This document shows positions 49,380-63,390 of a stretch of DNA of 64,000 bases, piece by piece. Under the pieces are notes generated by a model, which saw nothing but the letters and a program-made list of their open reading frames with translations, made no database searches and was not told the DNA's origin. The DNA is from Lama glama. Its lineage: Eukaryota. Location: NCBI GenBank assembly GCA_028534125.1, contig CM052817.1, forward strand, positions 104,348,001 through 104,412,000. Direction: 5' to 3'. A program made the position numbers and the translations under genes. Positions within the stretch are counted from its first letter, which is position 1; each line of letters begins with the position of its first letter.

Positions 49380-49879
49380 NNNNNNNNNNNNNNNNNNNNN
49401 NNNNNNNNNNNNNNNNNNNNNNNNNNNNNNNNNNNNNNNNNNNNNNNNNNNNNNNNNNNNNNNNNNNNNNNNNNNNNNNNNNNNNNNNNNNNNNNNNNNN
49501 NNNNNNNNNNNNNNNNNNNNNNNNNNNNNNNNNNNNNNNNNNNNNNNNNNNNNNNNNNNNNNNNNNNNNNNNNNNNNNNNNNNNNNNNNNNNNNNNNNNN
49601 NNNNNNNNNNNNNNNNNNNNNNNNNNNNNNNNNNNNNNNNNNNNNNNNNNNNNNNNNNNNNNNNNNNNNNNNNNNNNNNNNNNNNNNNNNNNNNNNNNNN
49701 NNNNNNNNNNNNNNNNNNNNNNNNNNNNNNNNNNNNNNNNNNNNNNNNNNNNNNNNNNNNNNNNNNNNNNNNNNNNNNNNNNNNNNNNNNNNNNNNNNNN
49801 NNNNNNNNNNNNNNNNNNNNNNNNNNNNNNNNNNNNNNNNNNNNNNNNNNNNNNNNNNNNNNNNNNNNNNNNNNNNNNN
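49380..49879. other. Assembly gap of exactly 500 N
   Basis: Directly visible run of N. Confidence 1.
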
Positions 49880-51640
49880 GTCATTCCTTGAGTGGCTGTG
49901 CCCTGCCCGCTTCCATCCTGTCTGTTTTGTTTTTCTTTTGCTTTGGTCCCTTGGGAGCTCAGAGCCAAATTTTCAGCCTTATTTAGTGGGAAAAAAATGT
50001 AGGAACTTAGGGTCTATTTGTCATAATTTGTATATGATCTTTCTCTCCAATTTTATACTTTTAGTCTATCAATATATTTGCCGGCTGAATTTTATTTTCA
50101 ATTTTATTGTCTTTTTTATATTTTTATAAGTTATCTCAATCCTCTGTGAAATGAGGCAGTATACATACACATACATAAAAGGATAATAACATCTTACTTT
50201 AGGGCAAAAAGTATAATGGGCCAATTCATGACTTGGCTCTGTTCTTTCAACTGTAATGTAAATAATACACAATCAAGGCGGGGAATGGTCTATAAGTACA
50301 ACTTCCTTATTTGTCAGGTATTTTTCTAGGCACATTTATATTAATTTGACCCTCACACAATATTTGCTGACAAATTAGGTATTTTTCTTTCCATTTTACA
50401 GATAAGGCAACTGATGATCAGACAGCTTAAGTAACTGTAAATTCTAACTGACTTGACAATACAAGTTCACTTTGACACATGGTGCTGATCTTTTCCTAGA
50501 CAGGGACCTGAGAAAATGCTATAGAAAGCCCACTGAAATCAAATGAATAACATGCAATTTCCCCATGTCATTCTTAGGATGCGTGGGCTTTTATTGTAAC
50601 TCTGCACCTGAAATATGCAAAGCATCACCCTGAACAGAATAAGATAAAAATAAGATGTCTATTTCCTGTTGTAATATAGGAAAAATTACTTTGGTTTGGT
50701 AATGCACATAAAATTCTGTAAAAGTCATCCAGTGGGTCCTTGGAGTCCCCTTGTATTAACAAAATATTCACATAATAATGCAATCAGCCAGTGCTCCCTG
50801 AGAATGAGTTAAGTACAGTCCCTTTGAAAACGGCTCCAGCACCTGCTCAAGAAATAGAAATTGATTTGAAAATAGGGGTCAGGTTTTAATTAAAGTTAAT
50901 ATGTTAGGGAACAATTCTATTTGAAGTACTGCTCCCTAAAACTAAGGTCATTGATTATATACAGTCAGCCAGAGCTGCAGATACCATCGCAGTGTATTGT
51001 CACACAACTGACAGTCTGAGTTGTGATACAGAACGCATACTTCAGCGCCCAGTTCAGGGTCTTCATTTATTGGTAATAATTTTTTTTTAATCTAAGAGAG
51101 ATTACCAATTCCAGCAAATTGTTTAGCATGACTCTGTGGAGGATGGTATATCATTTTTCTATTGTTTGTTATTGTAATTTAATCTATTTAAATGAAGTAG
51201 CAAATTAGGGGTGGTAGTTGGTGTCCAACTTCTATACACATTAACTTTAGCATCAGTCAGCCAAAGAGGCGAGAGCTACGTCTCTTTCATATACCGTCTT
51301 ATCTGCCTGTCCCTGTTCATCTGGCTTAGTCTGAGAGCAGTCCTGAGATGCTTGGAAGTTCTGCTCAGCACACCTCTCCTCATCTGCTCATCTGAGGCCA
51401 GCACGTGCGAGCCAGGGGAAAGAGTAACAGCAGTGTCGTATCAGATTATTCTGTCCTCTTTGTTTTGAACTTCTACTGAGTGCACAGTGTTACGAGACAT
51501 TCCAGTCCATTTCTGACGTGGCTTCCTTCCAGAGTCAAGACTGCCCTCCACCTCTGTCCTCTTCCCCCGGCAGTCCTTTTAAGATGGGAGTCAAGGGAGT
51601 TGTTTAAATGCTTTGTTTTCCCACAATTAAGAGCAGGTAA

Positions 51641-51763
51641 TGGGTGGGGGGAGGTATCGCTCAGTGGTAGAGCATATGCTTAGCATGCTCAAGGTCATGG
51701 GTTCGATCCCCAGTAGTATAATAAATAAGTAGACCTAATTACCTCCCCACCCCACCCCCCAAA
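51641..51763 (+). mobile_element. Vic-1-type tRNA-derived SINE
   Basis: tRNA-like head with B box GGTTCGATCCC. Perfect TSD aagagcaggtaa at 51629-51640 and 51764-51775. Confidence 0.9.
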
Positions 51764-53914
51764 AAGAGCAGGTAAGCTCAGCATAAACATGTGCTTCAAA
51801 ACTACACTTAAACTGGCAAGAAGTGAGCCTAACAACATAGTTATTTCTTACAGGGTGTTTCTTCTTTGCGTTAAAGGACCAGAATAACTTTGATGTAATG
51901 TCTCCTTAAGTCATATATGTTCAACTGACCTGGTGTGTGTGTGTCAGGAGCGCACATGCTTCTGTGAAAGAGGAAGAGCTGCAGAACAAAGCCAAATGAA
52001 AGTCCAGACCACCCTGGGTCTGGTCCTCACGCTGAGTTCTTATTAAGGGAAGCACTGCTGAAAATAGATGAACCAGGCATTTTTAAGGGCAGGGAGGGCC
52101 TCGTCCTCTTCTGGGAACAGCTCAGGCCGTCCCATGCAGGCCAGGGGGTTGACTCAGAGCCTCTGGCTCTGCACACTGATGACCTAAATGCTGGATTCTA
52201 ATCCTGTCGCTGTCCTTCATCAACAAGCTGTACGTGATCAGGCACGCACACAGATAACCTTATCTTTGGCTCACACGTGTAACTTCCCTTCTGTGACTAC
52301 TGCTCAGAGCCCATATCCGTCAGAAAGAGCTTTTTCACTGGAGCTGGACCTACGACCATGCTGGCCTGTAAGTGAATATGCCTCTATCCCCGTAGCCTCA
52401 TCTGGATATGAACTCTGAGTGGTTTCTCTGCTCTGTTCTAAGTAAAAACAGATCATCATAATGAAATCAGTGCTGAGGAATTCCAAAGGACTCTCTGTTG
52501 AGATGGTCACCATCCCGCATGTCTTGTAAATTACAGTTTTTGCAATCCGCGAACACACACATGGTCCTCTTCTGCGCTTTCTCCTCCTCCTTTTCCTGCC
52601 CTTCGTTCTTTTTCCCCTGTGTAGGCCCGTTAGAGGCACCCAGAGGCATAGTGTGTCACTTGGGCTAATGAGTCTGGGGACAGACAGATGACACACCCTC
52701 CCTTTGCACCTGGTCCCAGTCATAACGGGGGTCATCGGCCCAGGTGCCGCTTTCATCACTGCCTTTGGAAAATTATTGCTCTAAGTCAGTTGCTTACCAT
52801 AGAGAACAATCTTCTGTCCTTGACTTTATTAGTTCTGAATTTTTACTAGCTAAACTATCCGATCCAAACTATTCGCATCTATTTCTGTGCGTACAGTGCA
52901 ATTGTTCCCCAGGAATAATGGAGAAAATGAGAACTTCTCATAAGGGATCCCCAGGGAGTGAATATCCACACTATCAGTCCCAGAGATGTTCCTGGAAACA
53001 TCAGGAGGGTGATGAGCGAGGAGGTGGAGCATGGTGACTGGAGATCAGACTGAAGCTCTCCTTGGTCTGCATCCACCAGAGGAAGCAGTGCGTCCCTCTC
53101 TTACTTCCACAAAGCCGAATAAACAGCGGCCTATTGCATTTCTTACTGAGAGCTTGGTAACTGGCATTATCAGGGAAGGAAAGAGAGATATAACTTGACA
53201 CAGAAGATTACATACTTTTCCTAGATCCTGCTGGCCATAAATGTTCCCAGAGGTGAGTTCACTGCTCCCAGGCAACTGCCATGTTTTCAAGGGCTGATTT
53301 CTGTTGCACTAATTGGAATTCCCTTTGACCCTGTTCTCTCATCTCAGGCTCCAAATCCCAACACTCTGCTTAACACCAAGAGGGTTCTTCTCTACCCTGA
53401 GACAAAGCCCAGTCCTTCATCAGTTTCCCTCAGAGGAACCCCTACTCCCACCCCAGCCCTCATTCCTACATTTAGACTTCCACTAAAGCCTGGAGAAAGT
53501 CACTAGAATCAATAACTAAATGATTCAGTCCACTGAGGCGCAGGAGTCCAGTGACACTCTGTTCAGACTAATTATGGGGCTAATTTGAGGACTGATTCTG
53601 AGCTACTAACTTAATTTATACTACTAAACAATATATATAATAGAAATACAGAAGATGTGAATTTCTGTTACCTCACCAGTCTAGAGATTGTTACTTTATG
53701 TGGATATATACTTTCCCTATATTAGCCTCACCTAAAAATTTCATCAAGTGCTATGTTAAAATCCAGAAAACATTTTGTTTCTTCAAATGCCAAGTTTCTA
53801 GTTTCAATCATTTCAAGAATCTAGTTCCAGCCAATATGCAGAAACATTCGTCTGCTTTAAAACGGCATGGAACCCCCTCCCTGGGTTCTTTATCTAAAAG
53901 CCAGTTCACAGCTG

Positions 53915-54076
53915 ACTTCTAAGAAAATCACCTGGGATATGTTTTAAAACCCAGATTCCTAAGTAGCACCTTGGCTCTGTGGATTCAAAATGTGAAGCAT
54001 TACAATCCACAGCATCTGTATTTTTAATGAGCGTCTCTGGAGGGTTCTGACTCTGCATGAAGCTTAAGAATCACTG
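53915..54076. mobile_element. MER5-like hAT-Charlie DNA transposon
   Basis: 'aatcacctggga...aaaacccagattcct...atctgtatttttaatgagc...ttctga...ttaagaatcactg'. Confidence 0.65.
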
Positions 54077-54721
54077 GCTTCTGCCTGCTCCCCACAGAGC
54101 CGATCAGGCTCTGACCAGCCGTCTGGGCCCCTGGACTTGCTCAAGCATCTCCCCCGACGCAGCTGGTAGGGAAAGGGGAGATAACTGGGATCCAGGCAGG
54201 AAAATGGTGCAACACCACTGTTCCTGTCCCTCCTTCAGCTCTTAGCAGTTGTGTGGAGAGCAGCAGATTATTCAACCTCCTTGACTTCACTGAACTCGTT
54301 TTTAAAATACAAGTTCTGAGGATGGAATGGGAACATGCGAGTGAGCTGTTTAGGGAGCTGCACAGCGCCTAAGAAGAGGAGTTGTAATTAGCACACAGAT
54401 TCCCCTTGCTTTTCTTTCTCTTGTTCCATCTGAAAGGATGAAATTCTTCGCGTGGAAGGCAGGAGCTGGTGCCGTTGAATGGCAGCTGCAGTTGCCACGT
54501 GTTTGCTCCGGTCCAGCCTTTTCTGGTGAGGCGATGGTTCTTAATCCTCCAAATGTAGGAAGTGAATCCCCTCTAGGGCTGGTCAGTTGACGATCATGTT
54601 TGTTTGACTGTGTTCAGTGCTCCCAGCGAGCCTGAGGACGAGGAATGAGAGGAAAGAGCACCGTGGTGAAGCACAGCTCAGCAGGCGGGTTTGGTAGAGG
54701 ACCACCAAGAGCATTGCCCTA

Positions 54722-55240
54722 GTCACGGTCTCCATAACTTGGGGTCATGCACCCATCAAAAAAACTTTGTAAGCACACCCTCATCATGCCTAGATTTTTA
54801 AAAACAATTCAAAAGTGCATCTACTCGAGGGAGGGTACAGCTCAGTGTATGGCACGTGCTTAGCATGCACAAGGTCCTGGGTTCAATCCCCAGTACATCC
54901 AGCAAAATAAATAAATAAATAAATAAACGTAATTACCCCATCCCCCGAATTTTTTTAAAAAATCATCTTTTAAAAGTGCATATACTACTGTATTGACTTA
55001 TTATATAGATTATAGGCATATATAAAAATAGAAACTTGACAGGATGAGATAAAAATAAATAGGATTATACAACATTGTGATGGTGCTTAATGCCAGTGAA
55101 TTGTACACTCAGAAGTGGTTAGAATGGTAAATATTATGTTTTGTATATTTGATCATTATTAAAAAAAACATTTTAACATAAGTGGACCTAATGGTCTAAT
55201 ATATCAGCCCAGAATCCCTGGTGTGCCCTGTGTTGGCTAG
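54722..55240. mobile_element. Charlie-type hAT element remnant containing SINE and L1 inserts
   Basis: 'ggtctccataact...catgcacccatca...aagcacaccc...tactactgta...aaaaatagaaa...aggatgagataaaaataaata'. Confidence 0.5.
54826..54971 (+). mobile_element. Vic-1-type tRNA-derived SINE
   Basis: tRNA-like head and (AAAT)n. TSD aaaagtgcatMtact at 54811-54825 and 54972-54986. Confidence 0.9.
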
Positions 55241-56607
55241 AGCTTTGAGAGAAGCTTAAAGCAAGAGTGAACATACCTCACTCCTGATCCCCACTATTAA
55301 AGGCGAGACCTCCTGTGAGACTAACTTCCTTCAGGAAACATCTGTGACCTCGGAGGGAAACCAGCTGTGTGATTTTGGACAAGTCACAAAACACCCTGAT
55401 GTTAGGTTTCCTATTTTTTTAATGGGAGGTTAAAAAAAAAGCTACATTTATTTTATATCAAATACGTACTAGGGTAGTTTACAGTAAACATTTCTTAAAC
55501 CCACAGGGACGGATGGTTCCCGGACTTATCGTGGTGATGGTTTTATAATGTATGCAAATGTCAACTTACTTTGTAGTACACCTGGAATGAACAAAATATT
55601 GTATGTCAGCTTTGTAATCATTCATAATTCACAGTCATTCGTTATGAAACAATTCATAATCTTTGGAACAGCTTCATAACGTAGATTATTATTCAGATGT
55701 TTTCATGAGAAAACAAAGATTTAACTTATCTAACATCACTGGAACGAAGAGGCAGATTCAGGATCCGAGGCCATGTCTCTGCCTTCAGTGCAAGTCCTTA
55801 TTGCGCCTCCTAGAGGTGACAGGAGGTATAGCCACCTGTGAGGGGTCTTGTGAAGATGAATCAAAATGATCAAGGTAACGTATTATGCACAGTGACTAGC
55901 CAGAATAGGCCCTTTTTGAAAACTTTCTACTGAACAGTTTCTTCATAGTACACTGCATCATAAGGAGTCAATAAACGAAGAGTTGGGTTTTTCTTAGGAA
56001 GCAAATTAAGGGTGGCATTAAAGGCAAATTAATCTCTCCCTCCCTCTTTGATTCTCTACTCCCTCATGCACACACGCGCACACATCAGTAACAATCCTGA
56101 GCAATTAAACCATGAAACCACAAGTAAAAGAGTAATTGGGGTAACAGAACAGTGCTGGAAATCTGACTCCTCGTTTTGCATAGAAGAAAACCGAGACTCA
56201 GCAATTCTGAATGACCAACCAAGGTCACAGAACTGGTACGTAAAATTGAGTTTAGAACCCAGTCTTCTGACCCACAGGCCGTGTGTTTTACATCACGCCC
56301 TCTGCCCTATGAGGAGTAGTGGATAAAAGGGTAACCTAGATAAAAAAATAGAGAAGAGCGTTCACAAAGGGCAAGGTCTAAGTGGGAGCTAAACAAGTGC
56401 TGTTTACTAGAAACGGAAAGGGCTCCTCTTTGCAGCAGATGAGATGGAATCTCCTTTTCTCTGATCACTGCCATGTGCCTTCTGGTAGCTCTGGAGTAAC
56501 AAGAGGCATAGCTTTTTGTGAACTACCTGCTTTAGAGTTTTTTTTCATCCCCCTCTTTACCTAGTCCGTGGAGACAATAGAAATTCATTCTATTTAGTTG
56601 AATTCAG

Positions 56608-57032
56608 GTTGGAACACAAGTCTCCATGAGCCTCTTGCATTTCTGTACATCTTGCTAGAGGAAGCCCTGTCTGTCCATGTTCATACTGCTTTCCTAGATG
56701 TGGTATAGGAAGCACCTTGGACGAGGGTGATAGTGTCTCTGTTTACAGCACAGAGCAGACACCTTTCTGGCCACTGAAATTGATTCGGGTTCTCCAAGCA
56801 CACACGTCCTGTTACACATCCCGCTGAGGGTGGACGTCGTGTGGCTCCTTCCCCTTTGCCCGTGTGAATCGGCCATCGACAGGCAGCACAGATGCTGGTA
56901 CTCTGACTGCTGCTGTCCCTCCAAGTCATAAACCATCCCGGTCTCTGATCCACAAGTCTTACATCTTCCTCCTGCATCCGTGAAACAGGACCTGTCCTGG
57001 ACCAAACTGTGTGATAGTAGACAACACCAACA
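56608..57032 (+). mobile_element. ERVL LTR (LTR40-like)
   Basis: 'tctccatgagcctcttgcatttctgtacatcttgc...ccttgg...gatagtgtctc...gtctctgatccacaagtct...gcatccgtgaaac' ending in CA. Confidence 0.6.
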
Positions 57033-59939
57033 CATGTGCCCTGCAATGCAGGCGACTGGTGGGAGCACGCTAACCTGGCGGGAAGGGGTGGATTGTGGGC
57101 ACAGTTAGGCGGTTTTTACAACACCATCGGTCTTCATCAGGGGCTAAAGCTGAGCTCTGGAGGCTGGTGTGTAGTTGTCAATACGTCTCTTACTTTAAAT
57201 GACTGTGAGTCAAGGTTAAGTCAATCATGCAGCCTGCCTGTAATAAATCAGGAGATTTACATGGTAGCAAGTGGCAAAAAGTTTGCAACCAGAGAAGATG
57301 AATCACAGCTGATTATTTCCTTTACCATCACTCAGGCATTCTGACCTGTGAGTGGAATGCCGTATTAGAAGGAATTCGACTCCATCAGAAGATGTGTAAT
57401 GAGAAAAATAGGTTTTTCACCACAAGACAAGATTTTTGTCAAGTCCCATAGTGATGATCGCTACCATATTTTCAAGAAAATGTACTTCAGTCTTAAACAT
57501 GAAAGTGTGAAGCAAAAATTATCTTGAAATATTATCCCATAAAAGAATTTTAAATAACTGAGAACTTTCCTCTTGAGAATTTATTCTGAATGTCACATTA
57601 GTGAATTTTCTATGATTACCTCTTACACTATGTTAGTTGTTAAATACTAAACAGTGCTCTTAAATGCTTTTAAAAAGACAGAGTTGGGGAGTAGGTGGGT
57701 TTGAGTTTTGACATTTCAGCTTCATGTTTTTTTTACTAAAGATGTGGCGGACTTTGAAATCACTCCTAGCACACGGACAGTTTTGTCCTTCTGCCTGGCA
57801 TAAGTGCAGAGAGCAGGCATGTCCTTTTCATCCTACGGAATTTTCTCATCCGTAACGATCAGCCTCCATAATGTGTGAATAATCACCTGACCAATGAACT
57901 GGTCTACTGTGTCCTTTTCTGATTTATCTAATCATCCTTATATGTCAGTGGGTAGTGCCTGATTCAGTGTCCAGTCTATGAAGGACCTTTGTAATGCATC
58001 ATATGGAGGAAGAATATAAAATCTATTTACCGTTCAATGTGTTGGAAAGGGTTGTAAGTTAAGATATGAACAAATATTTCTTCCATGTGTAAACTTGTTT
58101 GAGAGACAAGAAATGAAAATCAAAAATACTATTAAATTCTATTTTGTGGAAAATATATAATATATATTTATAATATATAATGTGTTTGATTTTTAGAATA
58201 GACTAATGTTTTCTTCCGTAAGGCAAAGTATTACTAACCTAAAAAATGATTTGACAGATTTCTTTTCCTCTTTTTCATCCGTGGATTTTCAGCGGCAACT
58301 GATACTTAAAACTAGAAATTAGGAAGGAGGCAGAGTTCAGTTAATGTGCCTGAGAATTAGGAATATTTTTGACACTTGAAGTAATTTGTAATTTGAAATA
58401 TGCTTTCAGTTTTGAAGTTTCACGAGGTTTTTTTTGTTTGTTTGTTTGTTTGCCATTTATCCAACTGTGGTTTTGTGTTTATGGTGGTGAAGTATTTTTC
58501 TCAGGCCAAATCCTGAACAGAAGAATGAAATTCTGTTATGCTTTGCATTTGTAAGAACTGCAGTTCGAGAGATGTTAATCACCTGTCATAAAGCACTCTT
58601 TAAAATGCTGCTTTGAATAAGAAAAGTAGCCCTTTATCGGGGACATGAAGACATTTGGGCATGTTTTGGTATCTAATATGAATGTACCAGGTGGCTAACA
58701 GCACATTACTTCTCAATTTGAAGAAGCTTTTGTTACATAAAAATATATACTCTCTTGTGTCAAATTACCTAAAAGGCAATAAAGATGATGAAAATATTCC
58801 TCTAAAATGTGCAAAAGCTCCATGATGCTAAATATCTTTTGGGATCTGATAAGCCAGGAGTAAAACAAAGCCCCATGCCCATAGCACCCGGCTTTGTTCT
58901 GTCAAGTAAAGGTGCAAACTTCTTCCATTCAACTACGAAAGACTGACGTTTGCTTCAAGGGCATGAAATCGAGTAAAATACGTCTTTGGCATTTCTCTGT
59001 TCGCCCTACTTATTAAGGCCAGTGTGAAAACAGATCTCCTCCAGCCTTTTCTGAAGCACCGAGAGTCAGACTGAACCACTTTGTTCGCGAAGGTCAGCAA
59101 GGTAGACCAGCACGCAGATCTCAGATAAGCACATACCCTTCCCGTGTCTTCCTTAACGCATGCGCACCAGAGCACCAGGACGCCTGACCTGCGAGGTTGG
59201 GGTTCACAGCTGTTTAGACACAGCCCTAGACTCGTCTCCCTCCTTTCACACGCACAAGGTATGGTTTATTTTTATGTCTTATGCAACAGAATATGTTCAG
59301 CCCATCATAAATTTATTAGCCTTTCACTTGTGTGTCCCAAGAGGGAAAACTAAGGACGTAGGCTTAAACAGGTATGAACGAAGTAAATTATATTATACGC
59401 ACGACTTTATTCATAATGAAAAGCATTTTCTTGCTCATACATGCACAAGAACTATTTGTTGACTGTAATAGAATAAAAGCATTCTAGTTGAGTGCTTTGG
59501 AATTTTTTATTATATTTCTTTGATGTGGTAACTTAGTGTCATTTACTATTGATTTTTCACAGCTCTTAGTTTCTTTAAAATGGCTTATGCTTTTTGCCCT
59601 ATGTTCCTTAGGCTTCATTACATCCAAAATATTTTGCAGATCACTACCCATTTCAGCATGATTCTCTGCACTCTGGAGAAAGGCAGGTGGGGAGCAGTAT
59701 CTATATATATATTTTTTAAGATTCTGATCCTAACACATATACCACTGCAGCATATCACAAGAATAACCAAAATAAAAGAAGGAAAATATTAAAGAAGTGA
59801 TAAAGGCTATTCCAGTGTGACAGCAAACAGAGAGGGAGTTAGCATCATCTGGGTAACTGCATCAGTGTGTCTCTACTGAGGGCATAATATTTTAGCCATT
59901 CTTCCAAGTGATGGAGTTGTAACACACCACAAAACATGC

Positions 59940-62000
59940 AGGTTTCTCCATTGACATAGGAGCCCATTCTAATGGGGAAACTGGACAATAAATAAATAAA
60001 CAGTTATTTAATGTAATCCCAGCTGCTTTTAATAACCAGGGATATTAAATGAGTTAGGAGTGATAGGATCAAGAGGGAGACGTGATGAGGGTGTGGGGGC
60101 TCCTGTGAATGGTGCGATCTGGGAAGACTTCCATGAGGAGGTGGCATTTGATTAGAGAATTCAAGTGAGAAAGCATTTGTGAGGATTCGTCAGGAAGATG
60201 TGTGCAGTTGAGGGAATAGCAAGCACTCCTGATCAGGGGCATGTCTGACATATGCAGGACCATGAGGGAGACCAGATGGACTTACAGTGGAGTTGCAGGG
60301 GCCACATTATGTAGAACCTTTTAACTTGTAGTAGGAACTTTAAATTTTATTCTAAGAACAATGGGAAGGCAATAAATGGCTTTGAGCAGAAGAGTGGTAA
60401 GACCTGATGTAATATATTATTACAACTTTGTAAGGTATAACCAACATACTATAAATTACAGATGTTTAATGTGTACAGTTTGATACATTCTGAGTTATGT
60501 ACAGACCTGCTGAAACCATTACTGCAATCAGTATAATGAACATGACCTTCTCCCAGAAGATGCCCTGTATCCCTGGGCAGTTCCTTCATCCTTCCCCTCC
60601 TCTCCACCCTCACCCCCAGGAAGCTAGCCACCTGCCTTCTATCTCTAGACTGATTTGAATGTTTTAGAATTTGGATATCCCGTTCTAGAATTGGAATATT
60701 ACAAAAAGTGTGCATTCTTTATTGAGCTTCTTACCACAATTATTTTAAGAACCATCCACATCGTTGTGTCCCATCAGTAGTTCATTCCTTTTTATTCATG
60801 AATGATATTCTATTGCATAAATATTCCACAATCTGTTTATTTCTTCCTCTGTTAAAGGAAACTTAGATTGTTTCCAAGTTTTTTTTGCTATTGCAAATAA
60901 GGCTTCGATGCCTCTTTTTGTACAAGTGTTTCTATGGGCATATGCTTTAATGTCTCTTGAGTAAAACATCTAAAAGTAGAATGATTGAATCTACCATTTA
61001 CGGTAGATGTACATTTAATTTTTTAAGAAACTGCCACCTTATTTTCCGAAGTAGTTGTGCCATGACACATCCGCACCAACAGTGTTTGAAGGTCCCCACT
61101 TCGTATCTTGTCATCCCTTACCGTGGTCAGTTGTTTTGTGTTTTGCTTTAAATTTGAGCCATTATAATTAGTTTGTGGTGGCATCTTACCGTGGTTTTAA
61201 TTGTTATTTCCCTATTGATGGGCTGATGATGTTCGGCATCTTTCATGTGCTTCCTCGCTATCTGTACATCGTCGTTGGTGAAGAGTCTGTTCAAATCTTT
61301 GCACAGCATTTTAATTGCTGGTTCTCTTTTTCTTGAGTATTGAATCAGACTCTTGCAGTGAGTCATGCTCACAAGATTCCTATCCCTGAGTGGCCTCATT
61401 TGCTTTTTAAAGGATAATTCTAATTGCTGTGAGGAGAATGGCTTGTGTATGCGGAGCAATGTGGTGGGCCCTGGGGGATTTTCCCTTACCTTTTTTTTTT
61501 GAAGATAATTAAAATTCAGTTCTAAAATTTATTATTTGGATTAAATATGAAGAGCTCTGCAGAAGGTGTGGACAGCAGTGTCTCCTTTCAAGTGCAATTA
61601 TCTAGAGCAGGCCCTGGACTATTTTAATTGTTCTTGTCCCCACTATTCTAGGCATGACTTAGATGTGGAGAAGTAAATCTGAGTTGCTCATTATACACGT
61701 ATGCAGAGATGCTAAGTAGGTGGTTGGAGATGATGGGAAGGAAGTTGGCAGGTGAATCTGAAACTCAGAGGAGTAATTGGACAAGGAGTTATGAATTCAG
61801 AAACCTTCATCCTATTGGTTATCCTTAAACCCATAGACCTGGAAGAGATGGTCCAATTAAAGGGAAGAAATTCAAGAGGTAATCCCTGGGGCATGCCAAC
61901 TTTTAAAAGTTTAAAAAAAGAGAAGAATGCAGCCAAAAGACTGCAAAAGTGGTTGATGGAGGCGGGGGTGGTACTGAGGGAGGGAGAAGCAGTAACAAAT
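59940..62000 (-). mobile_element. Fragmented L2 LINE, interrupted by an L1
   Basis: Antisense L2 motifs 'gggaagacttccatgaggaggtggcatttga', 'ttttattctaagaacaatgggaag', 'ttttaaaggataattctaattgctgtg' and 'ccctggggcatgccaactttt'. Confidence 0.6.
60415..61345 (-). mobile_element. Old L1M 3' region
   Basis: 'aatgtgtacagtttgata...tagttcattcctttttatt...ttaagaaactgcca...gtggttttaattgttatttcc...gtgaagagtctgttcaaatctttgc'. ORF remnant KDLNRLFTNDDVQIARKHMK. Confidence 0.8.
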
Positions 62001-63184
62001 GATTGACTTTTGTTGGTGGGTGATGCTGAGAGCTCACTGACCCACAACGAATCGGTACCAGCCACGCTTTTTGGATGTAGAAGAAAGAAAACAGAGCAGT
62101 CACACAAGTAAGGAAATTGTTGAAAAGGCACGGTATCTCTAATGGTTTCAAGGCTGATGTGGGTGCAAATCCTTAAAAACAATCATCTTTCCTAATGTCT
62201 GTACTTGAAATGCAAAGCAATGTACTTAAGCAGTAAACCAATGACCATATATTGGTTCTGCTGTGTAGTTTTATGCGAGCAAGCAGTCTGTAAGGCGGGA
62301 GATATGACTAGACTGGATTTCCCATGGCTCACCCGATGGAGGTTAATATAAGGGGGAATCATGCGAAGGTCCAAAACAGAGCCTTCACCATCGCCGTTCT
62401 AGGTAAAGATGATGCCGACTAGTGTAAACTGGGCTATTAGTTTCTGTGATCCTCTGTTCTCTATATGAAGGTTACGTGGCACATAGTCCTTATTTAGAAC
62501 TAAATAACACCAAAGACACTAAAGACGGTGTCTTTAAACCCCTTCTCATCATTTTCTATTTCTGTGAAGTTCAGCTCAATAACCCCACTAATCATGTATT
62601 GAACATTCTTTACCATCAACAAGTTTTATATGTTACAAATTTTAATAATTTTATGTCCCTAACATTTGCATTTTACTTGCTGTATTATCAGCAAACATCA
62701 GACGGATATAGCTGGATGTCTGACACTGTTAACAAGTGTTTGTTGATTGAATGAAATAATGAATACTGAATAAGTTCAGATGAATGAACACTGGATTTAT
62801 GGCTGAAACTGGGATGACCCAAGTTAACTAGGGGCTCAAGTAAATTATTTCACTTATCCATTTCTATTCCATCCACAAAAATGGAAAGTTTGAAAGATAC
62901 CTCTTAGATCTGCCATTTGGTAATGTTCTGATGTCTTCTGCTAGCATTTTTGTCCATCCAACATTACTTATAATGTTGATTTGATGAAATGAGTGATTCT
63001 AGGCAATCAAATGCAGTGATATCTTAATAAGTCAGAGACAAGGGATCACTTACGGTTTATCATCTTTTAAAAAATTTTTTTCAGTCGTTAGAAGATAATT
63101 GGAAGCCATGAAAAATAAAATTAAAATGTCATTCTAAACATAATAGTTTCATAAAAATGAAAAACAGTAACTGGATAGAGGCTA

Positions 63185-63390
63185 AAATATTTACATAAAA
63201 TATCTCATTTAATTCTTACAATAAAGGTACTTAAGGATAAGCACCATTGTTATTTACCTTTTACAATTACAGTAACAGGCACAGAGAAGTTAGGTAAATG
63301 TCCCAAGATTGCACAGCTAATCAGCAAATGATAGAGCCAGGACTCCAGCTTTGGAATTTCTGACTTCTCTGTGCCCTGACATGCTGTTCC
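63185..63390 (-). mobile_element. MIR SINE
   Basis: 'tctcatttaattcttacaa...ttttaca...aggcacagagaagttaggtaa...cccaag...cacagcta...agagccagga'. Confidence 0.65.

Noticed and set aside
49296..50129. Longest ORFs in the track (277 and 201 aa)
   Set aside because: Artefacts of translating through the N gap.
52304..52759. 151-aa minus-strand ORF with a basic NLS-like stretch, and a plus-strand acceptor at 52624
   Set aside because: The basic run is the complement of a pyrimidine tract, the plus-strand exon candidate has stops in all frames, and there is no recognisable homology.
61712..62182. 156-aa minus-strand ORF
   Set aside because: Overlaps a decayed L2 and has no recognisable domain.
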